Source: Chiloscyllium plagiosum (lineage: Eukaryota). Taken from it: a stretch of 64,000 bases of DNA. Shown here in pieces: positions 38,410 to 50,851 of the stretch. The stretch is taken from the NCBI RefSeq assembly GCF_004010195.1, contig NC_057718.1, forward strand, positions 46,196,600 to 46,260,599, in the 5' to 3' direction. Both the position numbers and the translations under genes were made by a program. Every line of letters starts with the position of its first letter. Within the stretch, counting starts at the first letter, position 1. The notes under the pieces were generated by a model. It was not told the DNA's origin. It made no database searches and saw nothing but the letters and a program-made list of their open reading frames with translations.

Positions 38410-38742
38410 CAGGTAAACAATCCCTTATCCGAAATTCCAAAATCTGAAAAGCTCCAAAATCAGAAGTTTTTTTCTCCACAACAAGGTTGTTTGGCTTGCA
38501 AACAGTTAACCCAACTCCACACCCACTCAACCTGCGTCACTCAGATGTGACATGGCGGCATGGCTCAGCACTGGCAGACATCAATTCTGTCTCAGCACTT
38601 GTTATAGTCACATTTGTGTCTGCTGCTTGGAAAGGATTTTTTAATTTCACTATGAAAATGTCATTTATTCCAAAATCTGAAAAATTCCGAAACCCAAAAA
38701 CTAGCTGGCCCCGAGGGTTTTGGATAAAGGATTGTACACCTA
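38410..38742. mobile_element. Tigger-like MITE inserted in Gypsy RT
   Basis: TA|caggtaaacaatcccttatccgaaa ... ttttggataaaggattgtacaccta|TA. Removing it restores RT MGNILQELPQIAIYLDD. Confidence 0.9.
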
Positions 38743-40431
38743 TAGAATGTTCCCCATGGTTAGCTGGACAAAAGTGCAGGCTGGTGATACCTCAAATGGC
38801 AATCTTGTATATTGGTATAAATCCTATGGATATTAATTGTAGTGTACTTCTGTGACTCCTCATCCAGTCACAATTGCAGGTAGTCGTGGCTCATGCCCAG
38901 CTTTGTTAAGGATAGCCACCCCACCATCATTGCGTACAAGTTCTCTATGCGAGGGATTGGGTATTTATCCAGCTGTGAGAAATGGTTTATCATTTGCTTA
39001 AAATCCCCACAAAGGTGAACTGAGCCTCCAGGCTTCACAACCAGTATGACTGGTGCTGCCCATTCTGCAAAGTACACCCTCCTGATTTCCGCCTCTACTT
39101 CTGTTTGCAAGGCAAATGGCACCAGGCAGGCCTTGCTTCCTGATCAACACGTCAAGTGGCTTTGGCCCCTTTGATAGTCCCAAGCCCTTCCTGAAATATT
39201 CCTGGGTATTTCACTAGGACTTCACTGAGGCAGCCATTTTCTTATCGAAAAATGTTTAGCCAATCAAGGTGAATCTTTCTCAATCAATTCTGCCCCAATA
39301 GACTTGGGCCTGAGCCTTTTACTACAATCAGTGGTAACTGCACTAACTGCTTCTCATAGGAGACCGGAACAGAAGTATTACCTTTAATCTGCAACAGTTC
39401 TCCAGTGTATGTTCTCAGTCTGGCTGAGGTCTTCTGCAACTGAAGGGTTGGAGACCCAGTGAATCTTGTTAAAGATGGCTTCTTCAGTCACAGATATAGC
39501 TGCGCTGGAATCAACCTCCATGGGAACTGGATGACCATTTAACCAAAATCAATTCTGGTTTGGATGTCACTAACCAATTTAATTGTTCCAACTCACATAT
39601 AGGGGAACGTTCCAAGGTGTGCATTCTCCTGGGTACCAGCCTAAGACTTTTCTTACTCAAGTCAGACCTTAAAGGATTCCTTTGCTGTCGAGAGCCTACG
39701 TACCGGTAACAATTACAATTGCTTGCTGGCCCAGATCCTGAAAAATATTTTAGCCATTTGGATGAGGCATTGCTTTGTTGTTCTGCTGTGGACTAGGTGA
39801 GGGCCCTCTACTCAGGATGTGCCCTGCATGAGGCTCTGCAATTGCCTACACTCAAGTGGTGTTCTCCAAGATCAGTCAGAGAGGTGAGGGTGTCCATGTT
39901 ATTTGGGATACCCTGTAGCTTCCATGCTCCACTTGCCACCCTTTCTAATGACAACATCACGTGCTGTGCCTGTTTGAAGTCCAGTTGGGCTTCAGTTAGT
40001 AGGCGCTTCTGCATGTTTATGTCATTAATTTCACATACCAAACGGTCTCACAGCATCTCATTCAGGGTTAACCCAAAATCACATGTCTCTGCAAGTCATC
40101 TCAACCTCGTCAAAATCCTGATATGGATTCCCCAGGTTCTTGAACAGCCAAATAAAACTGATAGATTGTGCATTTATTTTTTCAGCAGCATAGAATATGT
40201 CTGCACATATAACTCTGCAAATACAAATTCACCCCATAGACTTATATATGTGTGTACGTGCACAAGAGAGAGAGAGAGTGTGTGAGTGTGTGCATGTGAG
40301 AGAGTGTGTGTTTGCATGGATGAAAACTTGGTAAAGTGTCATGATTTGGAGATGCTGGTGTTGGATTGGGGTGTACAAAGTTAAAAATTACACAACACCA
40401 GGTTATAGTTCAACAGGTTTAATTGGAAGCG

Positions 40432-40466
40432 CACTAGCTTTCGGAGCGTCGCTCCTTCATCAGGTG
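40432..40466 (-). ncRNA. Minimal hammerhead ribozyme motif (Penelope family B), intact core
   Basis: Reverse complement cac-CTGATGA-A-GGAGC-gac-GCTCC-GAAA-GCT-A-gtg: stem I cac/gtg, stem II 5 bp, palindromic stem III AGCT. Confidence 0.75.
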
Positions 40467-40486
40467 ATAGTGAAGTCCTCCACTGT

Positions 40487-40521
40487 CACCTGATGAAGGA
40501 GCGATGCTCTGAAAGCTAGTG
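40487..40521 (+). ncRNA. Minimal hammerhead ribozyme motif (family B), one stem II C>T change
   Basis: cac-CTGATGA-A-GGAGC-gat-GCTCT-GAAA-GCT-A-gtg. Confidence 0.65.
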
Positions 40522-40912
40522 CGCTTCCACTTTAACCTGTTGATAACGTGTGTGTGTGAGTGTAATGGGGTATAAGCCTGTGAGAGGGTGTCAGCATGGA
40601 GGGTGTGAGTGTGGAGGTGTGTGTGCGTGTGCATGAGAGAGAGCATGTATATGAGATAGGGTCTGCGTAAGTATGTGAGTATGTAAGAGTGTGCGTGTGT
40701 GAGAGTGTATAGTGTATTGGAGTCACCTGTAGTGTGACATGAACCCAAACTCCTGATTGAGGCCATCTCCATGAGTACCAAATTTGGCTACCAGCCTCTG
40801 CTTGGCCACTCTGTGTTGTTGCTTATCCCAAAGTCCGCCTTAGATCTTCGGGTGACCATCCTCCAAGGTGGACTTCGAGACAGGCAGCAATGCAGAGTGG
40901 CTGAGCAGAGGC

Positions 40913-40952
40913 AGATTCCTGAAGAAGGGCTTATGCCCGAAACGTCGATTCT
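40913..40952 (+). ncRNA. Minimal hammerhead ribozyme motif (family A), intact core
   Basis: agattc-CTGAAGA-A-GGGC-ttat-GCCC-GAAA-CGTC-gattct: GUC cleavage triplet, palindromic stem III ACGT, stem I with 5 of 6 pairs. Confidence 0.78.
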
Positions 40953-41005
40953 CCTGTTCCCTGGATGCTGCCTGACCTGCTGCGCTTTTCCAGCAACACA
41001 TTTTC
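40913..41005 (+). mobile_element. Penelope family A pLTR mini-insertion with 9-bp TSD
   Basis: TSD agcagaggc at 40904-40912 and 41006-41014. Same family as 21203-21406 and 58805-58903. Confidence 0.88.
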
Positions 41006-41713
41006 AGCAGAGGCTGATAGCCAAGTTTGGTATCCATGGGGATGGCCTCAACTGGGACCTTGGGTTCATGTCACACTACAGGTGACCCCAATATAGTCTC
41101 ATACACACACACTCTTACATACCCACACACGCACCAGATCCTGTCTCATACACACACTGTCTCTCATTCACACCTACGCACGTACCCTCTCACAGGCTTA
41201 TACTCCATCAACCTAGACACACTTTACCAAGTATGCACACATGCAAACACACACTCTCATGCACTCTGTCTCTCTCTCATGCACACACACAACATATATG
41301 TCTATGGGGTGAATTTGTATTTGCAGAATTATATTTGCAGATACATTCTATTTTGCTCAAAAGAAAATGCACAATCTTCAGGCAGTCAATGCAGGCAGTT
41401 TATCCATGTACTATTTTGTAAATTCCACTTTGGAAATAGAAGCAGTCTGACTTAAGATTGGGATACAGACAGACTCTTTAATGCATTGTCCGAGCTGAGA
41501 TGTCACCTTTTGTTATAAAACCTTACATTATCGCGAGAAGGTGCTTAAAAGAAGTTCTGGGGTTTATATATTAATGAACTGAAACCTGCAGCCCATTCTA
41601 AAAGATGAAAGACTTAACAGCAATTTAGGTTTGTTCAATATATCATTTCAGTTGCATGACACCGTAATCTTTTGCGATTAAATTCTGTGTCTTGTGATCT
41701 TATATTCCACAAC

Positions 41714-41748
41714 CACCTGATGAAGGAGCAGTGCTCCGAAAGCTAGTG
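41714..41748 (+). ncRNA. Minimal hammerhead ribozyme motif (family B), intact core, in terminal pLTR
   Basis: cac-CTGATGA-A-GGAGC-agt-GCTCC-GAAA-GCT-A-gtg. Confidence 0.75.
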
Positions 41749-41839
41749 CTTCCAAATAAACCTGTTGGACTATATCCTGGTGTTGTGTGATTTTTAACTT
41801 TGTCCGCCCCAGTCCAACAACAGCACTTCCACAATGTAT

Positions 41840-42364
41840 ATTTCTTTTTTCTTATAAACCGCTACACTACCGTCAAACACCAGAAGTGCTTATGTTTGCC
41901 CAGCGCCCATGTTGTATGCGTGTAGGTGTAGGACACAGTGAAAAAGACGAGTGCAGAAAAAGTTATTCGTATTCCATCACCAGGAAGAAAAACCACCTGA
42001 GTGGCCAGTGACAAGCACTGCCATTCTCAACAGAGGCCATTGCTTAAGTGATCGAAAAATGAAGGAGAAGGGGTAGGTATAAATTAAAATAGAGTTGGAG
42101 GGGGAAATAGAACACTCCACATCCTGTGGTGCCCACCTCTCCCTGAAACCTCTCGCATATTGCTAGACACCACATATCCCTTCTCCATCGATACCTTGGC
42201 CCAAACATAATCCCCTGGTTATAATTTTTTTTCTTTTTTTCTTTCTTTTAGTGAAAAACAATAAGTGTGTAAAGTGTAAATTTTTATTCATTTTCCACCA
42301 CCAGGAAGAAAGAAAACACCCGAGTGGCTAGTGACAAGCAAGGCCCTTCACATCAAAAGGCAAT
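41840..42364 (-). mobile_element. Tx1/L1-clade LINE 3' ends (two tandem pieces, second truncated by the gap)
   Basis: Minus strand about 42080-42215 reads DYVWAKVSMEKGYVVSSN../FRERWAPQDVECSISPSNSILI. The 3' UTR motif caccaggaagaaa..gagtggc(c/t)agtgacaagca occurs twice. Confidence 0.7.
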
Positions 42365-42864
42365 NNNNNNNNNNNNNNNNNNNNNNNNNNNNNNNNNNNN
42401 NNNNNNNNNNNNNNNNNNNNNNNNNNNNNNNNNNNNNNNNNNNNNNNNNNNNNNNNNNNNNNNNNNNNNNNNNNNNNNNNNNNNNNNNNNNNNNNNNNNN
42501 NNNNNNNNNNNNNNNNNNNNNNNNNNNNNNNNNNNNNNNNNNNNNNNNNNNNNNNNNNNNNNNNNNNNNNNNNNNNNNNNNNNNNNNNNNNNNNNNNNNN
42601 NNNNNNNNNNNNNNNNNNNNNNNNNNNNNNNNNNNNNNNNNNNNNNNNNNNNNNNNNNNNNNNNNNNNNNNNNNNNNNNNNNNNNNNNNNNNNNNNNNNN
42701 NNNNNNNNNNNNNNNNNNNNNNNNNNNNNNNNNNNNNNNNNNNNNNNNNNNNNNNNNNNNNNNNNNNNNNNNNNNNNNNNNNNNNNNNNNNNNNNNNNNN
42801 NNNNNNNNNNNNNNNNNNNNNNNNNNNNNNNNNNNNNNNNNNNNNNNNNNNNNNNNNNNNNNNN
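42365..42864. other. Assembly gap (500 N)
   Basis: Run of n; the round size suggests a placeholder. Confidence 1.
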
Positions 42865-45800
42865 CAGTCCGTGCAGACAGAATGCAAAACATCTCACAGA
42901 GGGTCTGCACTACTTAAAGGCAGCCTGTACCTCTTAAAGAAGAAGTGAATTGTCACTGCAGCATGGATTCAAAGTCACTCAGGGGGACATTATTTTTATG
43001 AAGAACACTAACTAATGTCACGACAGGCAGAAAGCATGATTCAAAGTCTTCAGACATAGATACAAGCTAAATGTTTCAGGGCACTCCTCTCTGCTGCACC
43101 TTTGCAATGAACTAATTACAACACTTGCTTGAGACACAGTGTGGAAATCTATCGTATGATGGAGGGATTGAGAAGTAAGCAAAGCCTTTCTCATTGACAA
43201 TGCACCATACTTGCATTTTGTATTCAGACAACTGACAAGGGAAATACATGGAGATCAGATCTTATGGCTTTCATTTGCTCTGTCTTTGAGAGTTAGCACA
43301 AATGCCGATTATAAATTAAGGAGCAATACATTTCTAAACTGGTCTTACTAAAGCTGACAATAACATGCATATAAAATTGTTTCCAAAAGTGAAAAGCATA
43401 GCATGTTAATGCACTTGTCCAATGTTTATCGTGGTTTCTCTTATCAGGTAATAAGTAATGTAAAACATAGGGTTCCGGACTACAAACCAAGGGATGCAAT
43501 AAAACATGGGGCAGCTGTAGTGGGGAAAGATCATTGTCTAAGATCTTTCTGCTAAAGCATAATGGGGCTTCGTTCAGCTCTCAGACCCCCTCATTGCCTC
43601 AAAATGAATGTAAATAATTTCTTGCAGGAGCAGAAAATGCTTTTGCTTTGCAACCAAAGGGAAACTCTGAAGAATGTCAAATTCCAATCCATCGTTTGTA
43701 TTTTTTTTCTGAAAAGACAGTACAGAACTGTTTTAGTACTTTTTGTACGTACTTAAAGATAATTATTTATAATTAAGATAAATTTTTGCAGTAATAAAAG
43801 TAACACAAAATATGCAAATTCACTTTGAATTTTTTTCATTCCCACTGTTAATTAGGACAGGCATCATATCAGTGGAGGGAATTGGGAATTCCAATGATGT
43901 TCGGAGCAGAACAAGCCAGCTTGCAAGGAACAAAACAGCATAAGAGCAACATCCAGGTTTTCAGTGCTCTATATAGTTTTAAGCTGAATGAACACTTGAA
44001 TACCCTTCCATTATGTGTGGACATGCTTCTGAACTCTGTTCATTGTCTTGCAATGATTCTTTTTTTGCTTCTCATCTCTATCTTTTTGGGATTTAGTCGA
44101 TACATTGGACTTCTGAATTTGTTGAGGCCATTTTTCCATTTCCCTCCTTCCATGGCTGCTCCTTTTCACAAATCAAATGGTGCTTCGTCAAAGAATATAC
44201 CATGAAAAGAGACCTGAACTTATTAAATATTTGCTTTAATGACCCAGGTACTCTTCCTCAAGAGCAGGATCATTCCTAAAACCAATCACATGGTCGATGA
44301 GAATGGAAACTGTTTTAATAACAGACACCTGCTTTCTTGGTATCTGATTTATCTAATGGTTTCTGGACTCATTTCAAATTTTATTGGTCTTGTTCTCTAG
44401 TTTTTTCAATTAAAAGTAAAATTAGGAATTGGATTGTGATTCCCAAGCTCCTTTCTTTTGGAATCTCTATTCAGAACTGTTCCCATAGTGGTTGAAAGAT
44501 ATACATCAGTGGTTCTGTTTTCTTGAGACCACAAGTGCATTGAAACTGGACAGTTGTTAATTACGAGACTTTCTATTCCTGCTTTCGAAATCAACTTCTG
44601 TAAAATGTTCAGATAATTCAGACCAATCCCTAATGGTTACCAGGTATGCTTTGATCCTTTTTTGTTCACTCAGTAAGTTGGATTTAAGTTATGAATCATC
44701 ACAAAGTTTTACAAGTGGCTTACAAGCATCACCAGGATAGGTACTTGGCCAATATGGATTCCAGACACACCTTTCTTTTACTTTCCTGTAACCCAATTGT
44801 CTTACATTTCTGATCCATTATCACCATATGCTGGATTTCTCAAATCTGATTAGGTGCATCATCTGGGGTGACTTTTGCCAATATAATGATTCTAACCATG
44901 AGTGGGCTAGAATCAGTTAATTATCACAGGTCTTGCAGTTCTATTTTTAACTCATCCTTGAATTGTAATAAGGCCACTTTTGATCTCTGAGCAATTTTTT
45001 TCAGTATGGTATTAAAACCTGCATTCTTGCCACAGTGTGTCCAACTAAATATAAATTACTGGCCAGCCTCAAGGAGGCTGGAATGTCGGTGACATCTCAG
45101 CAGGCTAAAGTTCAATCGTGGTGTAATTTATCCAATTAAGGATTATAGGACAGAGTTTCATGGTGCTGGACAGGATCAGCAATATTTCCTGTACAGGGCA
45201 ATTTACATGCTCCTTGGACTTCCTCTTCAGTTTCAACCTTAAAACACTTCAATCTGAGTAGGATACAATTACAATTAATTTGTGTTTCTTTTCACACCCT
45301 AAAGGTGGCTGATCTGGATCATATCATCTTAGGTTTGCATCCTAGTACTGATTAACACATGATTTCATATTGGTATCTTGTATTGCAAACAACAGGGTGA
45401 TTTACAATTTTAATGGCAAGTATTCCATTTACATTTTGAAAACCTTTAAGTGAACCCTCAGTTTACTTGTGCTGCAGCAAGCTGTTGCATGCTGTTCTCT
45501 CTCTGCCACATGAGACAAGTGTCCCCACTGCCTCTTCAAAGTGTAGGGATGCATGTTTGTGTTAATTAAATACCTCCAAACTGGAATGAAGCTGGGAACA
45601 CATGTAGTGAGCATTTTGTCAACCATACCTTCCAAGACACCAGTCCTAGAACAGAACCTGGAAACTCATGTCCATGAAAATCAATAGTTGCATGTGTCGT
45701 AACCAAGCTGCAGGTACACCTCATATATCTTCACTTGTATTATAGGATAAAATGTCCATAAAAGGTTGAAAAAGAAAATAGTAACAATATTAATTGATTG

Positions 45801-48800
45801 TACATTTCTTCTAGGTCAGTACAGATAATTCAAATCATTTCCTAAAGATGTCATACTAAAACTGGAACTCATACAATTGATCCACTCTAAATAATCCAAT
45901 GTACAGAAGACAAAAAAAAGATGAACTTTTAAGAAACCAAAACTACCCTTTGCAAAGCAAATTATGCCATTAGAACCTCCATGCCAAATCAGCGGACTGA
46001 TCTTACCAAGCCCAAACCATCACCAGATTTACTGAACATCACACATTAACTACACTTGAAATCTATATTGTTTGGGCTAGTCTGAAGAGATGTTGCAAAA
46101 GGGCTACGGTTAGATATGGAGAGTAGCCCTGCTGTGGCAAAGAAAGGCAGACATTCAGAGTTCAAGGATCATAGAGCAAAACTGATTGCTTACTTTGTTT
46201 TTAGTTTGTGGAATGTAAACCAACATTGTGCTGTGAATATGACACACATTCCCACATACGATCTGCATTTCCCTTCCCATCCTGTGCAAAATCTTACAAA
46301 CTTTATCACAGCTGAAAACAATAACTCTAGTTGCTATACAAGTGAAAATGATAAAGATTACATTTGTTCTATTTGCATTGTGCTAAATGTTTTTATCTGT
46401 TCTGACCTTTTGAGCTTACATAATGCCTTACTTTCAGCTTTATGTTGGAGTGAAACACTCCTAGATGAAAGAAGCAAAGTTACTGTAAGGTGCTGGAACT
46501 CATAGTGTGAGGTTTCTGGTTGTGGAAGGCTGTAATATCTCTGCAACAGTCAGAGTCACATCCAACAACACAGTGGCTGAAGTACCTATCTCTGCCTTAC
46601 ATTTATAGGAGCCCTGGGGGGAATGGCTGCTTACCCCAATCTCTCCAAAGGAGATTGTTTATCCAGACGTTCTCCGACAACTGAACATCCTAGTTGTACA
46701 TTTCCTGATCTGCAGGATAGCTGTCAAGAGGTTGTCTCTGGAGTAGGTGAAGCCTATTTTCACTGCACTTGCTAAATAATTACCTGGTGAGAAATCCAGC
46801 AGAGAGAGCCTCCTATAACTGAGCAATAGCTCAGCTTCTGAGAGAACACTATTTGTGCTTTGGCTTTGGAGCTCCCATCTTGCAGATGATCACCAAGATG
46901 CCACTTGCTACCCAATGTTAGGAACTCATTGTTTCGGGACTGTCTTATTAATAGGGATACATTGCTGCATATTCACTATAGCTGCACTTTACTCAAAGGA
47001 GGCTCCAAATCTACACTTACTCTCAAACTAATCTCCTATTAAAGGAAGACACAACAGAAATCAATCATTGCCCAACGTACGAGCTTGTAGCCTCATCTGA
47101 TCATTCACCTTTCACTGATATTAGATTGACTTTCTTTTCTTACTTGTGGGTTTCTGCTTTGCCGAGTGACACTTTTACAAACATATTAACTGTACATTCT
47201 GCTACACTTGTGCTGGAACTTGGGCATGTGAAATGCTTGACATTATATGTTGTGAAGTGATTGAGGCCAAGGTACCAATTCTTCTGAGCTCCTCAAAGAG
47301 CAAAAAGCATTTAACAATATGTCCCGCAAAAGGTGGGTTTGTAAAGTAACTCAGATCATACAACTTCCATACAGAGAAGCAGATGGAGGGCCTGGTTCCA
47401 GGATTTGAACCTGAGGGAAGGATCTTCTGCTCTCACTCGGGGCAAACTTGGCAAGCTTGGAGGTGAGAAGGATATTTCTTAAGGCAGAGTGGTAGTGTAC
47501 CTGAACCTTGCCACACGTGATTGACCTTCCCATCCTACCACCTACTGGCACTGTTAAGTGGAACACCAAGGTGAATTTGTATAGGCTGCTTGTCATCTCA
47601 AGTGGCTTTGGGACAGGAGGGCCTTGATCAAAGGCCTAATCAATGGAAAGGATATAGGGAAGAGAGTGACCGCTGACAGCTATCTGTTTGCTTTTTATGC
47701 CAATACCTCAACATTCTCCACCCGTACCCTCCCTGTGATCCCATCCCATAAAACCCTTCTCTTCCACACATTACCTACCTGTGGCCTTGATTCTCCACAA
47801 TCTTGGAACTCTGTGGGTGTGCAGAGACTATATCCCTCTGGGAACAGCAATACCCCTCTCATGGCTGATTAGTTGGCAGCTGTTGATGGGTGGGACTTCT
47901 GTCCCTGGATTCCAGGAGAAGGTGGCCTCATCACTGCCTGATTGTTATGTAGTTTAGAGGGTCTTCTCAAGAAGAGTCACCATGGGTCCTCACCGTTCTT
48001 GAGTGAGCTACCTAAACAAGCATTTCAACTTTATTCTCAAGTGGATGATACTGGCAAAAAGAGGATACTTGCTGAGTGATGACACTAAAACTTTAAACTC
48101 ATTCAAGTCAGTGAAACTTTGAATCTCTGTCTCATTAAGACAAGTGCCATGGCCAGAAGGAAAGCACAGTAAAACTTGCAAGTGACACAAACTGGCCTGA
48201 TGCATCTTGTACACCTAAAATAGATCTCAACTATATGCAGTCTGTTCATTTCCAAGTATTACTGGTTCTTTCCCTCAGGGAGTTCCTCATTCACAGTGTG
48301 ATGCTTCAGTACAGCAGACCCATATGTATTCTCTATTCTTCCTTAGCCATAAGCATCCTTTGACTATAAGGCCATGAATGAAAATAACAGCCAGTGACAA
48401 AGCAGATAAAACAGCATTGCAAGGTCCTGGCTATTTCTCTCCCTATCTTTGACAGTTCCTATAAATCCATATCATAGTTTGCCAGACACATTGGGTTTGG
48501 CCTATCAGAAGGTGTGTGTGGAATTAGTTCACCCCATTAGAATGTTTGTTGCAAAAAGAGCACACTCTAGATAATCTCTCTGATGATATAGTTAATGGGG
48601 CAGTTAAACTGGGTCATGCCTTATCTGAATGTATAAGAATCTGCTTACAAATTATCTTGCAATTTCCTTTAATGGCATTAGACGTCTCCCTTATTTGCTT
48701 CCAGATCTGATGTTTCCAGGTAACTTGTACCTCAGTTGAAAAAGGTGATTCCAACACAACCTGCAAGACATCGTGAGCAAAAGTTTTCCCTGTTCACCTT

Positions 48801-49370
48801 TGCACACCTCTGAACCCTTCACCTTCATCCATCTGCGGCACTCCTCTGATTCCTCAGAAGGGGGACTACTACTCCCAGCCTTCTGAAAGCAAATTCCCAA
48901 ATCTGCCAGCCAACCAGCAGCATCCTGGCTTCATTTCCTGTATGACTTCTCCACCTCCAATCATTAACAAGTGGATACAAAATCTGATCCTTGGTCCCAG
49001 ACAGTTTCTCTCTCCCATGATGGTGACACAGGCATACACAGAACCAGTTCTGATATACCAGTAGTATGTACAAGAGGAAAGATTCACAAACCCATAAACA
49101 ACATTGTCACACTGGATAACTTCCCACACTGATTCCAATCCACTAATCAAATCTGGAGAGTACATAATGGAGGGTAACCACTGTGCAAGCTCATAATGTT
49201 CTGAAAATTACTACATTATTATATTGTTGACCTGCTTTAAATAGACAGGAATTTACTTTTTAAGATATCACAGTTCATACATCAAACCCCTTTATCATTA
49301 TTACTCCCATCTGTCATATATTTCTACCCAGAAATGGAAGACAATCACAGGAGTATACCTATGGAAATTC

Positions 49371-49730
49371 TTTTTATTCATTCATGGAACGTGGGCTTCA
49401 CTAGCTAGGTCAGTATTTATTGTCCACCCCGAATTGCCCAGGGGTTAATTGCCCTAAGAATCTATCATATTGCTGTGGGTTTGGAATCATATGGAGGCTA
49501 AACCAGCAAGGACACCAGTTTCCATTCCTAAAGGACACTAGTGAACCAAACGTTTTTCCAAAACAATAGGCAATTGGTTCATGGCCATTGTAAAGCTCTT
49601 AATTCCAGACTTTTATTGAATTTAAATTCCATCATCTGCCATGATATGATTCCAACCCTGGGTCCCCAGAACATTACCTGGATCTTTGAAGTAGTGATCC
49701 AGTGGTAATACCACTAGGCCACCATTTCCC
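49371..49730 (-). mobile_element. tRNA-derived SINE (MER131-like family by recollection), near full length
   Basis: Reverse-complement head tggcctagtggtatt (A box), ggttggaatc (B box), tail ttccatgaatgaataaaaa. Homologous to 9328-9620. Confidence 0.8.
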
Positions 49731-50851
49731 CACTTACATAGCAAAGTTTCAGCATGTCAGAATCATGGATACCTTATGTGTATGCCATTGACTTTGGCAA
49801 TACATTTCAGAGCAATTTCTTATTTTTAAATGATGCATTTTGCATGTAATATCCAAAATCTACCCTTCAGGTGGTGAGAGTGACAGGAGTCACAAATCAA
49901 CGAGCAACACTGATAGTTGGAAGAAAAAAGGTCTTAATAGGAAACTAGCCTGGGGCAAATGACACTGAAGCAGCACAATTATTTAACATCCACCTTCAAA
50001 GATTTACCATTTCTCATTGCTGTGTGGTTGCTTAAAACACGCTGGTTAAAGAATAAAATCAAAGAACTGCTTCTCCTCTACTTTTTGGCAAAGTAGGAAC
50101 AGGAGGTGACGAGCTAAGGAGTGATTAACTTTTGTAAGATTCATAAACATCTCTGAATTTAAGAAATAGTACAATGTTTTCTGCTGACTCTGAGCATGTT
50201 AAATGCTTCTGTAATTCTATGATTATTCTATCATTTTTCCCATCAAATATTTGGAAATAATAAGAGCAATTTGTCAACCTCATGGTACAGACGATAAAAG
50301 TTGCTTGCACTGAACATGATTTTGTGACTACTTAAATTAATGGCTCGAAAAGTGTGTTCTGTGCTTGTTCCAATTTCCAATGTGCTTCTACCAAGCAAAG
50401 CTCATCATTCATAGTACAAAATCAAGGAAAAAAAAGCCATATCGTCGATAAATATAATTTCAATGTCACAAAGGAAAACTTTTGTCATGGGCCATAAGAC
50501 AATGTACTGTGGTCTGTTAATGTGGCCAATAGGCACTGTCACTTCCATTTCTCAATTTACCTCTGCCCCTTAAAGCTGGCATGATGCTTAATGAATAGTC
50601 CATTGATTATAAAATTTAGCATGTTATTCCCTAGCTCACAGTGGTTTACCCACAGTCATCCATCCAGTCTTCCTTACTCTTCAAATGGAAGTGGCACTAT
50701 CCATTACCATCAAATGAATAGCAACTGAAAGATATGGTTTTGAATTTATAGTCAAAGATCAGCAGCACCTTTGTTTATTGGAACTGCCATATGTTGCTGA
50801 AAGGAGAGGAATAAATTGGAGTCTTGCACAGCCTCATATCAACCTCATATC

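Larger units (their letters stand above)
34861..40162 (-). mobile_element. Ty3/Gypsy LTR retrotransposon (gag-PR-RT-RH-IN, 3' LTR present, 5' end lost), disrupted
   Basis: gag (EINDINMQKRLLTEAQLDFKQA) about 39808-40160; PR MEVDSSAA 39498-39521; RT (EWAAPVILVVKP..CGDFK, IYLDDVLI); RH (QIEKEGLVVIFGV..VTDHKLL); IN (HPGVSKMKMLARSYVWW, LHVDCASPF, TDNGMSF, NSLVERAIQ). Confidence 0.93.
40163..41835. mobile_element. Composite head-to-head Penelope-like element (GIY-YIG C-terminus, CA-rich spacer, pLTR) with nested pLTR inserts
   Basis: Plus arm 40842-41835 encodes DLRVTILQGGLRDRQQCRVAEQR/LIAKFGIHGDGLNWDLGFMSHYR*. Its reverse complement occupies 40165-40328 and 40560-40841. Confidence 0.85.

Noticed and set aside
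42324..42948. Long ORFs of 179-205 aa
   Set aside because: They only span the 500-N gap.
43950..44950. Strand-biased stretch that may be a decayed retroelement ORF
   Set aside because: No diagnostic motif could be read in any frame.
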